Assembly: GCA_009392295.1 (NCBI GenBank) | Contig: VFGW01000020.1 | Coordinates: 4,616 to 68,615 of the forward strand | Length of the DNA stretch: 64,000 bases | From: SAR202 cluster bacterium | GTDB taxonomy: Bacteria > Chloroflexota > Dehalococcoidia > Lucifugimonadales > GCA-2719675 | Direction: 5' to 3' | Part shown: positions 45,708 through 54,373 of the stretch, one piece after another | Layout of the letters: the number at the start of each line of letters is the position of its first letter | Numbering within the stretch: position 1 is the stretch's first letter | Position numbers and translations under genes: made by a program | The notes under the pieces: model-generated | Seen by the model: the letters and a program-made list of their open reading frames with translations, nothing else | The model's database searches: none | Told to the model about the DNA's origin: nothing

Positions 45708-45797
45708 AAATTGCTTTCTAAAATTTACATTAAAATATTTTATTTGAAAACTAATAATTATTATGTGATAATCAAATATAATTTTCTAGGACTTTTC

Positions 45798-45864
45798 GGG
45801 TCTGGATGAACATCTTTAGGTTCCTTTTTGTAATAAAAATGAGTGCGACCTAAAATTCAGACCC
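45798..45864. other. Long imperfect hairpin in the aroC/MFS divergent intergenic region
   Basis: GGGTCTG (45798-804) pairs with CAGACCC (45858-64). TTTAGGT (45815-21) pairs with ACCTAAA (45848-54). There is an apical TTTTT-gtaat-AAAAA. It is locally GC-enriched relative to the flanks. Confidence 0.3.
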
Positions 45865-46002
45865 ATAAATTTTATCAACGTATAATTTAAAATTTTTATT
45901 CATAATTCTGTATACTTATTAAAAACTTGCTGATATTATTTAGTCACTATATATTTATACTTTATTTGTTGCCCTATAATATATTTTAGAAATGATTTTA
46001 TT

Positions 46003-47334
46003 TTGCCAATTAATACTCCGTCATCACCAGATGATTCTTCTCACAAAAAATCAATTTCTAAAATATTTTCCAGAAGTACTGAATCTTTTACACATAGAAA
46101 TTATCTGATTCTTTGGTTAAGTAAACTATTTTTGATGTTTGGTATTCAAATGCAAATGGTTGCAAGAGGCTATCTTACATATGATTTAACTGAAGATCCT
46201 GGATTAGTAGGAATTGTTATAGGTGGTTCAGCAATTCCGATGTTACTTCTATCTTTATTTGGAGGTGTTTTATCAGATAGAATTAATAAAAAGATTTTGA
46301 TTCAAATAGGGCAGATATTAGCTGCTTTGATTGCATTTGCAATTGCATTTTTGATAATAAATGAAATGATTATTTGGCAACATCTACTTGTTGGTGCTTC
46401 TTTACAAGGTGTTGGGTGGGCATTTTTAGCTCCAGCTAGGCAAACAATAATTCCACAGATTTTACCTAAAAGATTGATTAGTAATGGAATAGCTATGGAT
46501 GGCGCATTAATGGGTGTGACTTCATTATTGGCTCCTGCTGTAGCAGGAATTTTATATGCGATAATTGGGCCAGCTGGGGTTTATGTTTGTATTACCGTAA
46601 TAATATCTTTTTCTGTTATTATCTGTAGCTTGCTAAATTATGTTGATTCTAATGATACAAAACTACTTGATGGTCAAAAAAATATTTCTGCAACATATTT
46701 TACAGGTCGGTTAAACTCATATTTTTCTAAATTTAAAATAATGTTATTTGATATTAAAGTTGGCTTGATTTATGCAAAAACAAATCAAATTGTAAGTATT
46801 TTATTGTTATTATCTTTAACCTACGTAATACTTGTTATGCCCTTCAGATTTTTATTGCCTGTAGTTATCAGAGAAGTATATTTTAAAGAATCTGAAGCAC
46901 TTGGATTGTTGCTTAGCGTTATTGGTCTAGGTTCGTTGTTGAGTTCCATATTAATAGCCATTATGGGACCAATTAAAAGAGGATTTTTACAATTTTTTGG
47001 TATATTGATTGCGGGATGTACTTTGGTATTAGTTTCAATATTTCCGTATTATTCTATTGGATTAATATTAATGTTTTTTTTAGGCATAGGTGAATCTGCT
47101 AGAATGGTTTTGGCAAATTCACTTTTATTAGAAAATTGTGAAAAGAAATTTCAAGGAAGAGTTATGTCTCTTAGGATGTTGATTTTTGGTTTACAACCTA
47201 TTGGGACATTGCCTTCGGGGTTTGCTATGGATTATTTTGGAGCACGTAAAGTAGTCGCATTTTTAGGTGCTACTATGATTTTAGCAACTTTATTTTTTGC
47301 AAGTAGATCTAAAAAACTTATTTCGATGGATTAA
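46003..47334 (+). CDS. MFS transporter (12 TM)
   Basis: 443 aa with about 12 hydrophobic helices and the loop motif GGVLSDRINKK (MFS signature G..sDR.grr between TM2 and TM3). TTG start. Confidence 0.8.
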   Translation: MPINTPSSPDDSSHKKSISKIFSRSTESFTHRNYLILWLSKLFLMFGIQMQMVARGYLTYDLTEDPGLVGIVIGGSAIPMLLLSLFGGVLSDRINKKILIQIGQILAALIAFAIAFLIINEMIIWQHLLVGASLQGVGWAFLAPARQTIIPQILPKRLISNGIAMDGALMGVTSLLAPAVAGILYAIIGPAGVYVCITVIISFSVIICSLLNYVDSNDTKLLDGQKNISATYFTGRLNSYFSKFKIMLFDIKVGLIYAKTNQIVSILLLLSLTYVILVMPFRFLLPVVIREVYFKESEALGLLLSVIGLGSLLSSILIAIMGPIKRGFLQFFGILIAGCTLVLVSIFPYYSIGLILMFFLGIGESARMVLANSLLLENCEKKFQGRVMSLRMLIFGLQPIGTLPSGFAMDYFGARKVVAFLGATMILATLFFASRSKKLISMD

Positions 47335-47335
47335 T

Positions 47336-48016
47336 TTAAGTATTAGTTTTAGTTTGTTTTTCGGTATTGTTGGAATCGTTGTTTCCTGTGGAAAATTTTG
47401 CTCTCATATCTTGAATGTATTTTTCACGCCATTGTTTAAATTTGTCTACTGAGGGTGGTGATACGTAAAATACCTGAATATCATTTGAAAATTGAACTTT
47501 ATGTTCTTCATTGATTAACAATATACTAGGATTTTCAATTTTAAGGTTTTCTTCAATTTGTTTTGAAATAAATGTGTATCTTGCTGTTATGGCATTTTGA
47601 AATTTGGACATTATTTCTTCATAAACTTTGGGATTAACTAAGCCAACTGATAAACATCGTTGCCAATCTATTGTTTCTTCAATTAATTCTTTATTTTCTG
47701 TAGGAATTAAGTTAGCACCATCATTGATTAGAGTCTTGATGTAAGAGGCACCTTTTTCATTGATTTGCGTTAACATTTCTAGTTCTTTTTGTTCTGCTGT
47801 TGAAATACCTTCATGAAATATATTTAATATTTTGCCAAGTTTTTGCTGAAAACTATTGATTTGTTCAGCAACTTCGTTCCAATAGTCTGTTAAAATTTTT
47901 TCTCCTTCTTCAGCATTTTCTTTTGGGACAATGTATATAGGAACTAGAAATAACTTGCGTTTATCTGAATAAGAATCTATTCTTGGTTTTGGAATTTTGG
48001 TAATAGGATCAGACAT
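47336..48016 (-). CDS. Hypothetical soluble protein
   Basis: 226-aa ORF, helical and charged, with an Asn/Thr-rich tail. No family recognised. Confidence 0.4.
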   Translation of the reverse strand: MSDPITKIPKPRIDSYSDKRKLFLVPIYIVPKENAEEGEKILTDYWNEVAEQINSFQQKLGKILNIFHEGISTAEQKELEMLTQINEKGASYIKTLINDGANLIPTENKELIEETIDWQRCLSVGLVNPKVYEEIMSKFQNAITARYTFISKQIEENLKIENPSILLINEEHKVQFSNDIQVFYVSPPSVDKFKQWREKYIQDMRAKFSTGNNDSNNTEKQTKTNT

Positions 48017-48040
48017 ATGGTAACCTTTTTCTTTTTAATG

Positions 48041-48095
48041 AATGCCACTAAGAGATTGAAACCTAGTGGCATTATCTATGTGAAAGGACATAGAT
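48041..48095. other. Two adjacent stem-loops in a divergent intergenic region
   Basis: AATGCCACTA (48041-50) pairs with TAGTGGCATT (48064-73), a perfect 10 bp stem with a 13-nt loop. It is immediately followed by ATCTATG (48074-80) pairing with CATAGAT (48089-95), 7 bp with an 8-nt loop. Confidence 0.3.
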
Positions 48096-48141
48096 CTACA
48101 GTATAACAAATTTTAAATTTATTGGTGTATAATTTAAAGGT

Positions 48142-48852
48142 ATGAATAAAATCAATCAAGAAAATATTTTAAAGCTATTATTAATTCAAATTTTTGTATT
48201 TTCAGCACTTATTTTCTGTTCATCTGATTCAAAAAAAGTGCTGAATTTAGATTCAGAAATATCTACGGTTTCACCAACAGCAATTACATCTACTGTAACA
48301 CCACCTATATCACCAAATCCTACTTCGATACCTAGTCCGTCACCTATATCTACAACAACATCAATTCAGTCACCTAAACCAAATTCAACGCCAACCTCTT
48401 CTTCTCAAGATAAAAAAGAAGTTGTTAAGCCTGAAGTAGCTAGTTTGCTTTTGAATTTTCTTGATAATAGCTGTATGTATTTTGAAAGCCTTGTAGATGG
48501 GAATCAACTGATTCATTTACAAGAATATAAAATTGATGATGCGGGGAAGATGAAGCCAAAATTAATTTCACACGAAGATAGCAAATTTTGGGTTTTTATT
48601 GATTATTTACCTACAAAATCTTTTAGTTTAGATGAAGAAAGAATTGCTTTAGTAACTGAATATTTTTCTGTAAATGATGGTCAAAATTTGCCTAAACATA
48701 CCGCACATATTTATGATGCTTCATCATATTCACGTGAAGCAGAATTTTTGATTAATTTAAATGACAAAACTGTTATTTTGAATAATGGTTTTTGTTATAA
48801 CAACCCTGAGGATTTCACCAAGAAAAAAATAGATATTTCTAGTGACGGATAA
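48142..48852 (+). CDS. Putative lipoprotein with Pro/Ser/Thr-rich linker
   Basis: Signal and lipobox (SALIFC), a PST-rich tether (SPTAITSTVTPPISPNPTSIPSPSPISTTTS...), then a globular domain of about 140 aa of unknown family. Confidence 0.45.
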   Translation: MNKINQENILKLLLIQIFVFSALIFCSSDSKKVLNLDSEISTVSPTAITSTVTPPISPNPTSIPSPSPISTTTSIQSPKPNSTPTSSSQDKKEVVKPEVASLLLNFLDNSCMYFESLVDGNQLIHLQEYKIDDAGKMKPKLISHEDSKFWVFIDYLPTKSFSLDEERIALVTEYFSVNDGQNLPKHTAHIYDASSYSREAEFLINLNDKTVILNNGFCYNNPEDFTKKKIDISSDG

Positions 48853-49058
48853 TGGAAATATTATATTGGATATTGTTAGGTGTAGTTTTATTAATTTCCT
48901 ATTTTTTGTGGGTTGATTTTATTAGAAAAAAACATGAAGATCTGAAAAATAACCGGTTTAGGATATTTTATGAAATCGGTTATCTTATTTTGTATTTTGT
49001 TTGTATTTATTTATTAGCTAATTTTTTTAATTCAATTTATACATTTTTGTTTATTTAA
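48852..49058 (+). CDS. Small two-TM membrane protein
   Basis: TAATG overlap with the upstream gene. 68 aa with two hydrophobic helices. Confidence 0.3.
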   Translation: MEILYWILLGVVLLISYFLWVDFIRKKHEDLKNNRFRIFYEIGYLILYFVCIYLLANFFNSIYTFLFI

Positions 49059-49091
49059 TTAAGTGTATAATAAACTTATACAGATCTTGAT

Positions 49092-49874
49092 TTGGACAAT
49101 GAAATGAAATTAAGAAAAAATATTGCTTTGGTAACTGGGGCTGGTTCTGGAATAGGACGTGAAACTGCTATTTTATTTGCTAAAGAAGGTGCATCAGTTA
49201 TTTCAATTGATTTAAATTATTCTAAAGCTTTAGATACATTAGACGAAGTAAACCTTTATAATGATTCTTCCATTGCATTAGAATGCGATGTGAGTCAGAG
49301 TAATGATTTAGCAGATATTTCATTGTTAGTTCAGGAAAAATATGGAACAATTGATGTTGTTTTTAATGCCGCTGGTACTCATTCCAGAAATTTATCAGCA
49401 AATAATTCTTTACCTGAAGAAATTTGGGATCGAGTAATTGAAGTGAATTTAAAAGGTACATACTTAGTGAACTATCATTTTGTACCTTTAATGTTAAAGA
49501 ACAAATCAGGTTCAATAATTAATGTTTCTTCGATTATGGGTTTAGTGGGTTATGCTGATGGTTTTGGAGTTGGCTTTGATGCATATCCTCCTTCTAAAGG
49601 TGCAATAATTCAATTAACTCGAAATTTAGCTCTAGATTTGGCGAAAAATAATATTAGAGTGAATTGCATTTGTCCAGGATATGTAAAAACTGATTTAACT
49701 AAATCTTTACATGAAAATCCTGGTAAATTAAAAGAATTAGAATCAAAACATCCATTAGGCCGATTAGGGACACCGTTAGAAGTGGCACAAACTGCTTTGT
49801 TTTTAGCGTCGAATGACTCATCATTTATAACAGGTTCATCTATAGTAGTTGATGGAGGCTATACAGCTCAATGA
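49092..49874 (+). CDS. Short-chain dehydrogenase/reductase (FabG-like)
   Basis: TGAGSGIGRE, NAAG, a catalytic S...YxxxK (YPPSKGA), and PGYVKT. The likely start is ATG 49104. Confidence 0.85.
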   Translation: MDNEMKLRKNIALVTGAGSGIGRETAILFAKEGASVISIDLNYSKALDTLDEVNLYNDSSIALECDVSQSNDLADISLLVQEKYGTIDVVFNAAGTHSRNLSANNSLPEEIWDRVIEVNLKGTYLVNYHFVPLMLKNKSGSIINVSSIMGLVGYADGFGVGFDAYPPSKGAIIQLTRNLALDLAKNNIRVNCICPGYVKTDLTKSLHENPGKLKELESKHPLGRLGTPLEVAQTALFLASNDSSFITGSSIVVDGGYTAQ

Positions 49875-49880
49875 GAAATT

Positions 49881-50360
49881 TTGGAGTTTACAGTGAAAAT
49901 TTGTTTTTCGTCAGATCATAATGGTTTAGAGTTAAAAAATAGATTAGTTGAATATTTTTCTAACTCTAAATATGAAATTATAGATTTAGGACCAAAAAAG
50001 TTTGATCCTAATGATGACTATCCTGACTCAGCTATTCTTGTAGCACAAGGTATTTCATTAAATGATTTCGATAAAGGTATAATTATTTGTGGCAGTGGTG
50101 TTGGAGCTAGTATTGCAGCTAACAAAGTACCAGGTGTTAGAGCTGCAATTTGTCATGATTCGTACTCTGCTTCTCAAGGAGTTGAACACGATGATATGAA
50201 TGTGTTGTGTTTAGGATCAAAAATTGTTGATTTTAATCAATCTGTTGAATTAGTTGAAAAATTTTTGTCAGCAAAGTTTTCGAAAGAACATAGATTTCAT
50301 AGACGTCTTAAAAAAGTTCTAAAAATTGAAAATGATTTAAATAATTATTTTAATGAATAG
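49881..50360 (+). CDS. rpiB: Ribose-5-phosphate isomerase B / RpiB-LacAB family sugar-phosphate isomerase
   Basis: SSDHNG, IIICGSGVGASIAANKVPGVRAAICHD and EHDDMNVLCLG. The likely start is GTG 49893 (VKICFSSDH). Confidence 0.8.
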   Translation: MEFTVKICFSSDHNGLELKNRLVEYFSNSKYEIIDLGPKKFDPNDDYPDSAILVAQGISLNDFDKGIIICGSGVGASIAANKVPGVRAAICHDSYSASQGVEHDDMNVLCLGSKIVDFNQSVELVEKFLSAKFSKEHRFHRRLKKVLKIENDLNNYFNE

Positions 50361-50380
50361 ACTTTTGAAATAGTATTATT

Positions 50381-51181
50381 TTGGTAAATATATTGGAAAA
50401 CAATTCTATTCTTTCAATTCAAAAAGTTGATCACTGTTATGATAAACAAGATACTAATAAATTATCAGTTTCGAATTTAAATTTAGTAATTAATTCTGGA
50501 GAATTTGTATCAATTATAGGTCCAAGTGGTTGCGGTAAAACTACTATATTAAATTTAATCGCGGGTTTATTATCTCCAATTTCTGGTGAGATCTCAATTT
50601 TTGGATTTACCCCTAAAGATTTTCGAACTAAAAAATCTATTGGGATGGTATTTCAATCTCCTGCTATTTTACCTTGGTTGACAGTATTTCAAAATTTATT
50701 GCTTCCTCTTCAAATAAATCCAGTCCCATCTAAGAATTCTCAACAACAAGGTATTGTTGAGAATATTTTATCTAGGATACAAATGGAACCTTATTCTGAT
50801 TTTTATCCACATCAATTATCTGGAGGAATGAAACAACGTGTTGGGATAGGAATGGCTTTAGTTTTTGATCCTAAGATACTTCTATTAGATGAACCGTTAG
50901 GCTCATTAGATGAAATTACTAGAGGGCATATGAGGTATGATTTGATTGAAAATTTGAGGAGTAAAAATAAAACAATTATTATGGTCACGCACAGTATTGA
51001 AGACGCAGTTGTAATGAGTGATCAAATTATAGTTTTGTCAAAAAACCCAGCTACTGTATTGACTCAAATTCCTGTTAAATTTTCTGTTAATCGAACAAAG
51101 GATTTAGAGTATAGAACAGAGTTTATTTCTTTAGTTAATCAAGTGAAAAAATATTTGTCAGTATCAACGAATGATTTTTAA
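50381..51181 (+). CDS. ABC transporter ATP-binding protein (NitT/TauT-SsuB type)
   Basis: Walker A GPSGCGKTT, signature LSGGMKQRV, Walker B ILLLDEPLGSLD and H-loop VTHS. Confidence 0.85.
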   Translation: MVNILENNSILSIQKVDHCYDKQDTNKLSVSNLNLVINSGEFVSIIGPSGCGKTTILNLIAGLLSPISGEISIFGFTPKDFRTKKSIGMVFQSPAILPWLTVFQNLLLPLQINPVPSKNSQQQGIVENILSRIQMEPYSDFYPHQLSGGMKQRVGIGMALVFDPKILLLDEPLGSLDEITRGHMRYDLIENLRSKNKTIIMVTHSIEDAVVMSDQIIVLSKNPATVLTQIPVKFSVNRTKDLEYRTEFISLVNQVKKYLSVSTNDF

Positions 51182-51986
51182 GATGTTATATAAATTCTTA
51201 AATATAATATTTTCAGGAAAATTAAAACCTTTTGCTTTTAAAATTGTTCCTCCTTTGTTTTTAATAATTCTTATTTTACTGATATGGGAAATAATAGTTA
51301 GGTCACTTGGTATTCCTGATTATGTTGTACCTACTTGGCAACAAGTAATTTCCGAATTATATATGAAACCAATGTTTTTCATTGAGCATTCTTTAATCAC
51401 TTTAATGGAAGCTTTTTCAGGTTTTATTTTAGGAATGATATTTTCTATATTTTTAGCAGCTGTAATGGTACATAATAATTTATTAGAAAGGTCAATATAT
51501 CCTATAGCTTTAATGCTTAAAGTAACTCCAATTATCGCTATTGCACCTTTAATAGTAATTTGGTTAGGTTTTGGATATTCGCCAAAAATATTCATTACAT
51601 TTCTAATTACATTTTTCCCGATATTAATTAACGCGTTAACTGGATTTAAAGATGTTGATAATAACAAGTATAGATTTTTCCAGATTTTAAATGCTTCAAA
51701 ATTTGAAATATTTTTGAAATTAAGGTTCTTTACTGCAATACCATATTTATTCTCAGCATTTAAAATTTCTATTCCTTTGTCAGTAATTGGTGCAGTAGTA
51801 GGGGAATGGTTCACGGGTAACTCGGGATTGGGGAGTATAATTTTGGTATCTAATAATGAATTGCAAACGTCAACTTTATTTGCTTCAATATTATTATTAT
51901 CTCTTATAGGTTGTTTATTAACAGTTTGTACAAATTTACTTGAAAAAAAAGTGGTTTTTTGGAGATATAATATATTTATTGATTAA
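51171..51986 (+). CDS. ABC transporter permease (BPD_transp_1, SsuC/TauC-like)
   Basis: Six hydrophobic helices and the EAA-like loop region (FKDVDNNKYRFFQILNASKFEIFLKLRF). It overlaps the ATPase gene by 11 nt. Confidence 0.8.
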   Translation: MIFKMLYKFLNIIFSGKLKPFAFKIVPPLFLIILILLIWEIIVRSLGIPDYVVPTWQQVISELYMKPMFFIEHSLITLMEAFSGFILGMIFSIFLAAVMVHNNLLERSIYPIALMLKVTPIIAIAPLIVIWLGFGYSPKIFITFLITFFPILINALTGFKDVDNNKYRFFQILNASKFEIFLKLRFFTAIPYLFSAFKISIPLSVIGAVVGEWFTGNSGLGSIILVSNNELQTSTLFASILLLSLIGCLLTVCTNLLEKKVVFWRYNIFID

Positions 51987-52012
51987 TCTGAGATTCTAAT
52001 AGGAGTTGGAAA

Positions 52013-53050
52013 ATGAATAAATTAAAATATTTTATACTGTTTATATTTTGTATTTCTTGTATTTTGTCATGTTCAAATAACACTTCAAACACTTCCGATT
52101 TGATGAAAATTAAATTTATGGCTGGATATAAACCGCAGGCAAATTTACCATTTGTTGCAGCTTATGTTGCGAATGAAAAAGGGTATTTTAAAGATGAAGG
52201 TTTAGATGTGGAAATTCTTCATTCCACTGGTTCACATTTAAAATTATTACTTGCTGGAGAAGTTGATATAACCACAGCCGCAGCTTCATCTGTAATAAAA
52301 AGGAGAACTAATTCAGATGTGCCTATTTCTTCGATAATGTTATTTGGCCAGACTGGTCAGCAAGCATTTATTTCTTTGGAAGATAAAAATATTCAAACTG
52401 TTTCTGATTGGCAAGGTAAAATTTTTGGATATAAAATTTCTTTGCCTCCTGAATATTTAGCTATGATTAATATAAATAATTTAGATCGGAACAAAATAGA
52501 AGAAGTTAAGGTAGGTTTTGACCCTAGAATTCTTACTGAAGGAAAAGTAGATATATTATCTATATATAAATCTAATGAGCCGAATTTGATAAAAAAATTA
52601 GGGTACGATGTTAAAATTTGGGACCCAGCAGAATTTGGTGTTCCTACATTAGGTCTTACTTATATAACCTTAGAAGATACAATTAATCAACGTCCCGATA
52701 TGTTACAAAGATTCAATCGGGCTACTTTAAGAGCTATTGAATTTATTCTTGAAAATTCTGATGAGACTATAGAAATTGTGATGTTATATGCTACCAATTC
52801 AGATAAAGAACACCAAAGATTTATGTTAGAAAAAGAAATAGAACAATCTAATTCTATTTCTGTTAAACAAAATGGATTTGGTTGGTCAGAAAAAGAAAAA
52901 TGGGATTCTTTACAGGATTTTTTGTTTAAATATAAATCTATTGATTCTATTTCCGATAGTAATTTATTTTTTACAAATCAATTTTTAGGTAAAAATCTTA
53001 AAAATAATAAATCAATTTTGGAAAGAATTGGTTTGAGTAGAGACTCATAG
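52013..53050 (+). CDS. ABC substrate-binding lipoprotein (NMT1/THI5-like, SsuA/TauA class)
   Basis: Lipobox ILSC, the pattern of an NMT1-type periplasmic binding fold (KIKFMAGYKPQANLPFVAAYVANEKGYFKDEGLDVEI), and operon context. Confidence 0.7.
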   Translation: MNKLKYFILFIFCISCILSCSNNTSNTSDLMKIKFMAGYKPQANLPFVAAYVANEKGYFKDEGLDVEILHSTGSHLKLLLAGEVDITTAAASSVIKRRTNSDVPISSIMLFGQTGQQAFISLEDKNIQTVSDWQGKIFGYKISLPPEYLAMININNLDRNKIEEVKVGFDPRILTEGKVDILSIYKSNEPNLIKKLGYDVKIWDPAEFGVPTLGLTYITLEDTINQRPDMLQRFNRATLRAIEFILENSDETIEIVMLYATNSDKEHQRFMLEKEIEQSNSISVKQNGFGWSEKEKWDSLQDFLFKYKSIDSISDSNLFFTNQFLGKNLKNNKSILERIGLSRDS

Positions 53051-53085
53051 ATATGTGATTTAGGTACGTAACTGCCGAAGGCGGA

Positions 53086-54357
53086 CTAGATTTTTTGGAT
53101 TACAGGTATTGTCATGGGGCCTTCTGGTAAGGCACAAATTTTTTGATTTTTGTTAAATTTACTAATTATCGCATCAATTAATTGTTGTAAATCATTTATT
53201 GGATCTAGGTGGCATGATATTAAATCTTGATCTTTAACTCCATCTGTTTTAATCATTACTTTTGCTCTATTTAATATTTTACATAGAATTTGAGTTTGCC
53301 ATTGGTCTTGAGTTGTAGAATTTGAATTTCCCAAAGTAGTTAATATTTCTTTAGGAGAAATGTTTTGTGACAATGTTTCGAAAAAATTACCATGAGCTGG
53401 AATCCCATCTCTGCACTCTGCTATACATATTATTGTTCCATTATGTTTAACTATTTGTGCAGCAGCAGATATACCTTTTACACATTGATATAAATTTTGA
53501 TCAAGAGGGAAACCACTGTTTGTAGTGATTACCAGATCAAATTTATGATCAACATATTGAATTGCAGTAGCTTCTGAAGATTTTATTGATGCACTTTGAG
53601 ATTTTTGTGGTTCACCTGCGTTAATTGAAGTTATTGAATTATTATTATTTATATTTACTTCTATAGAAAAATTTATCGGTGCTTTACTAGAAACATTGTA
53701 GATTTCATTTTGTATAGGATTTGATTTGAAAGATGCCCATGTTGATAAATTAGAAGAAATTAATTTATAGCTATGCAATCCTAAAATTGTATCGATTCCA
53801 GCAAGGCCTGGAGCAACCATTTTATTTCCACCACTATATCCAGCAAAGAAATGAGGTTCAGTAAATCCTAATGAAATTTTATAATCAGAATCCACCCAAG
53901 TTTTATTAAGGTAAATTGGAATATTATTTTTGGAATTTCCAAAATAAATTAAATCATTTTTATTGAATGCATTGTGGTTGATAACGTTATATTGTTCATA
54001 AATTTCTTTTCCAACCAAGTAAATCAATTCATCTTCAGTTGAAGGCCTATGACTTCCTGTAGCTACAATGATATTTATTTGATTTTTAGGGACATGGCGT
54101 ATTTCGGATAAAACTATAGGTAAGATAATTGAAGTTGGAATTGCTCTTGTGATATCACATATTGAAATCGCAACAGTTTGTTTAGAATTTACTTGCCTTC
54201 GTAGGGGGCCTAATGAAATAGGGTTTCTTAGGTTATTTTTTATAGCTCCTTCTACGTCAGGTAATTCAGGCAAAAATCTAGGAGTTATTAAAGTTGTTAT
54301 ACTTTCAGGAAGAGATAAGGATATATTATTTGTTCCGTAAGGAAAATCAACATTCAT
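53086..54357 (-). CDS. LarA-family (lactate racemase-like, nickel-pincer-nucleotide-dependent) racemase/epimerase homolog
   Basis: DUF2088-type N-domain (FPYG......LP......I.P). VATGSHRPST carries the His108-equivalent. TEPHFFAGYSGGNKMVAPG carries the His174- and Lys184-equivalents, and GLHS the His200-equivalent (positions as in L. plantarum LarA, from memory). Confidence 0.7.
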   Translation of the reverse strand: MNVDFPYGTNNISLSLPESITTLITPRFLPELPDVEGAIKNNLRNPISLGPLRRQVNSKQTVAISICDITRAIPTSIILPIVLSEIRHVPKNQINIIVATGSHRPSTEDELIYLVGKEIYEQYNVINHNAFNKNDLIYFGNSKNNIPIYLNKTWVDSDYKISLGFTEPHFFAGYSGGNKMVAPGLAGIDTILGLHSYKLISSNLSTWASFKSNPIQNEIYNVSSKAPINFSIEVNINNNNSITSINAGEPQKSQSASIKSSEATAIQYVDHKFDLVITTNSGFPLDQNLYQCVKGISAAAQIVKHNGTIICIAECRDGIPAHGNFFETLSQNISPKEILTTLGNSNSTTQDQWQTQILCKILNRAKVMIKTDGVKDQDLISCHLDPINDLQQLIDAIISKFNKNQKICALPEGPMTIPVIQKI

Positions 54358-54373
54358 AAAACATTTTCCTATA

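Noticed and set aside
45788-45812. Guanidine-I (ykkC) riboswitch upstream of the MFS transporter (CTAGGACTTTTCGGGTCTGG versus the CTAGGGTTCCGG start of ykkC)
   Set aside because: The downstream conserved blocks (GGTCCGAGAG, ACACGG, GGGA...CCCGGGAGA) are absent.
51320-51814. 164-aa ORF antisense to the ABC permease gene
   Set aside because: It lies entirely inside the well-supported permease CDS on the other strand. It has a low-complexity Ile/Asn/Lys composition and no start context. The following are judged the same way:
- 1435..1668, 5718..5957, 7597..7782, 16387..16650, 17139..17357, 18588..18773
- 19283..19468, 20137..20358, 20201..20410, 23489..23698, 24150..24380, 25821..26009
- 26196..26381, 29195..29380, 30324..30641, 30897..31139, 31521..31802, 32482..32760
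- 33147..33338, 33867..34229, 34450..34674, 34815..35015, 35377..35559, 36328..36642
- 37333..37530, 37657..37986, 45136..45381, 54149..54340, 55203..55448, 56863..57045
- 60168..60401, 60471..60827, 61099..61320, 61700..62014, 62560..62763, 62705..62938
53072-53096. Terminator-like element CTGCC-GAA-GGCGG followed by a T6 run, after the ABC substrate-binding gene
   Set aside because: The stem is only 5 bp including a G-U pair, and 6 nt separate the stem from the T-run. The T-run lies inside the convergent LarA-like coding sequence. It is too weak to annotate.
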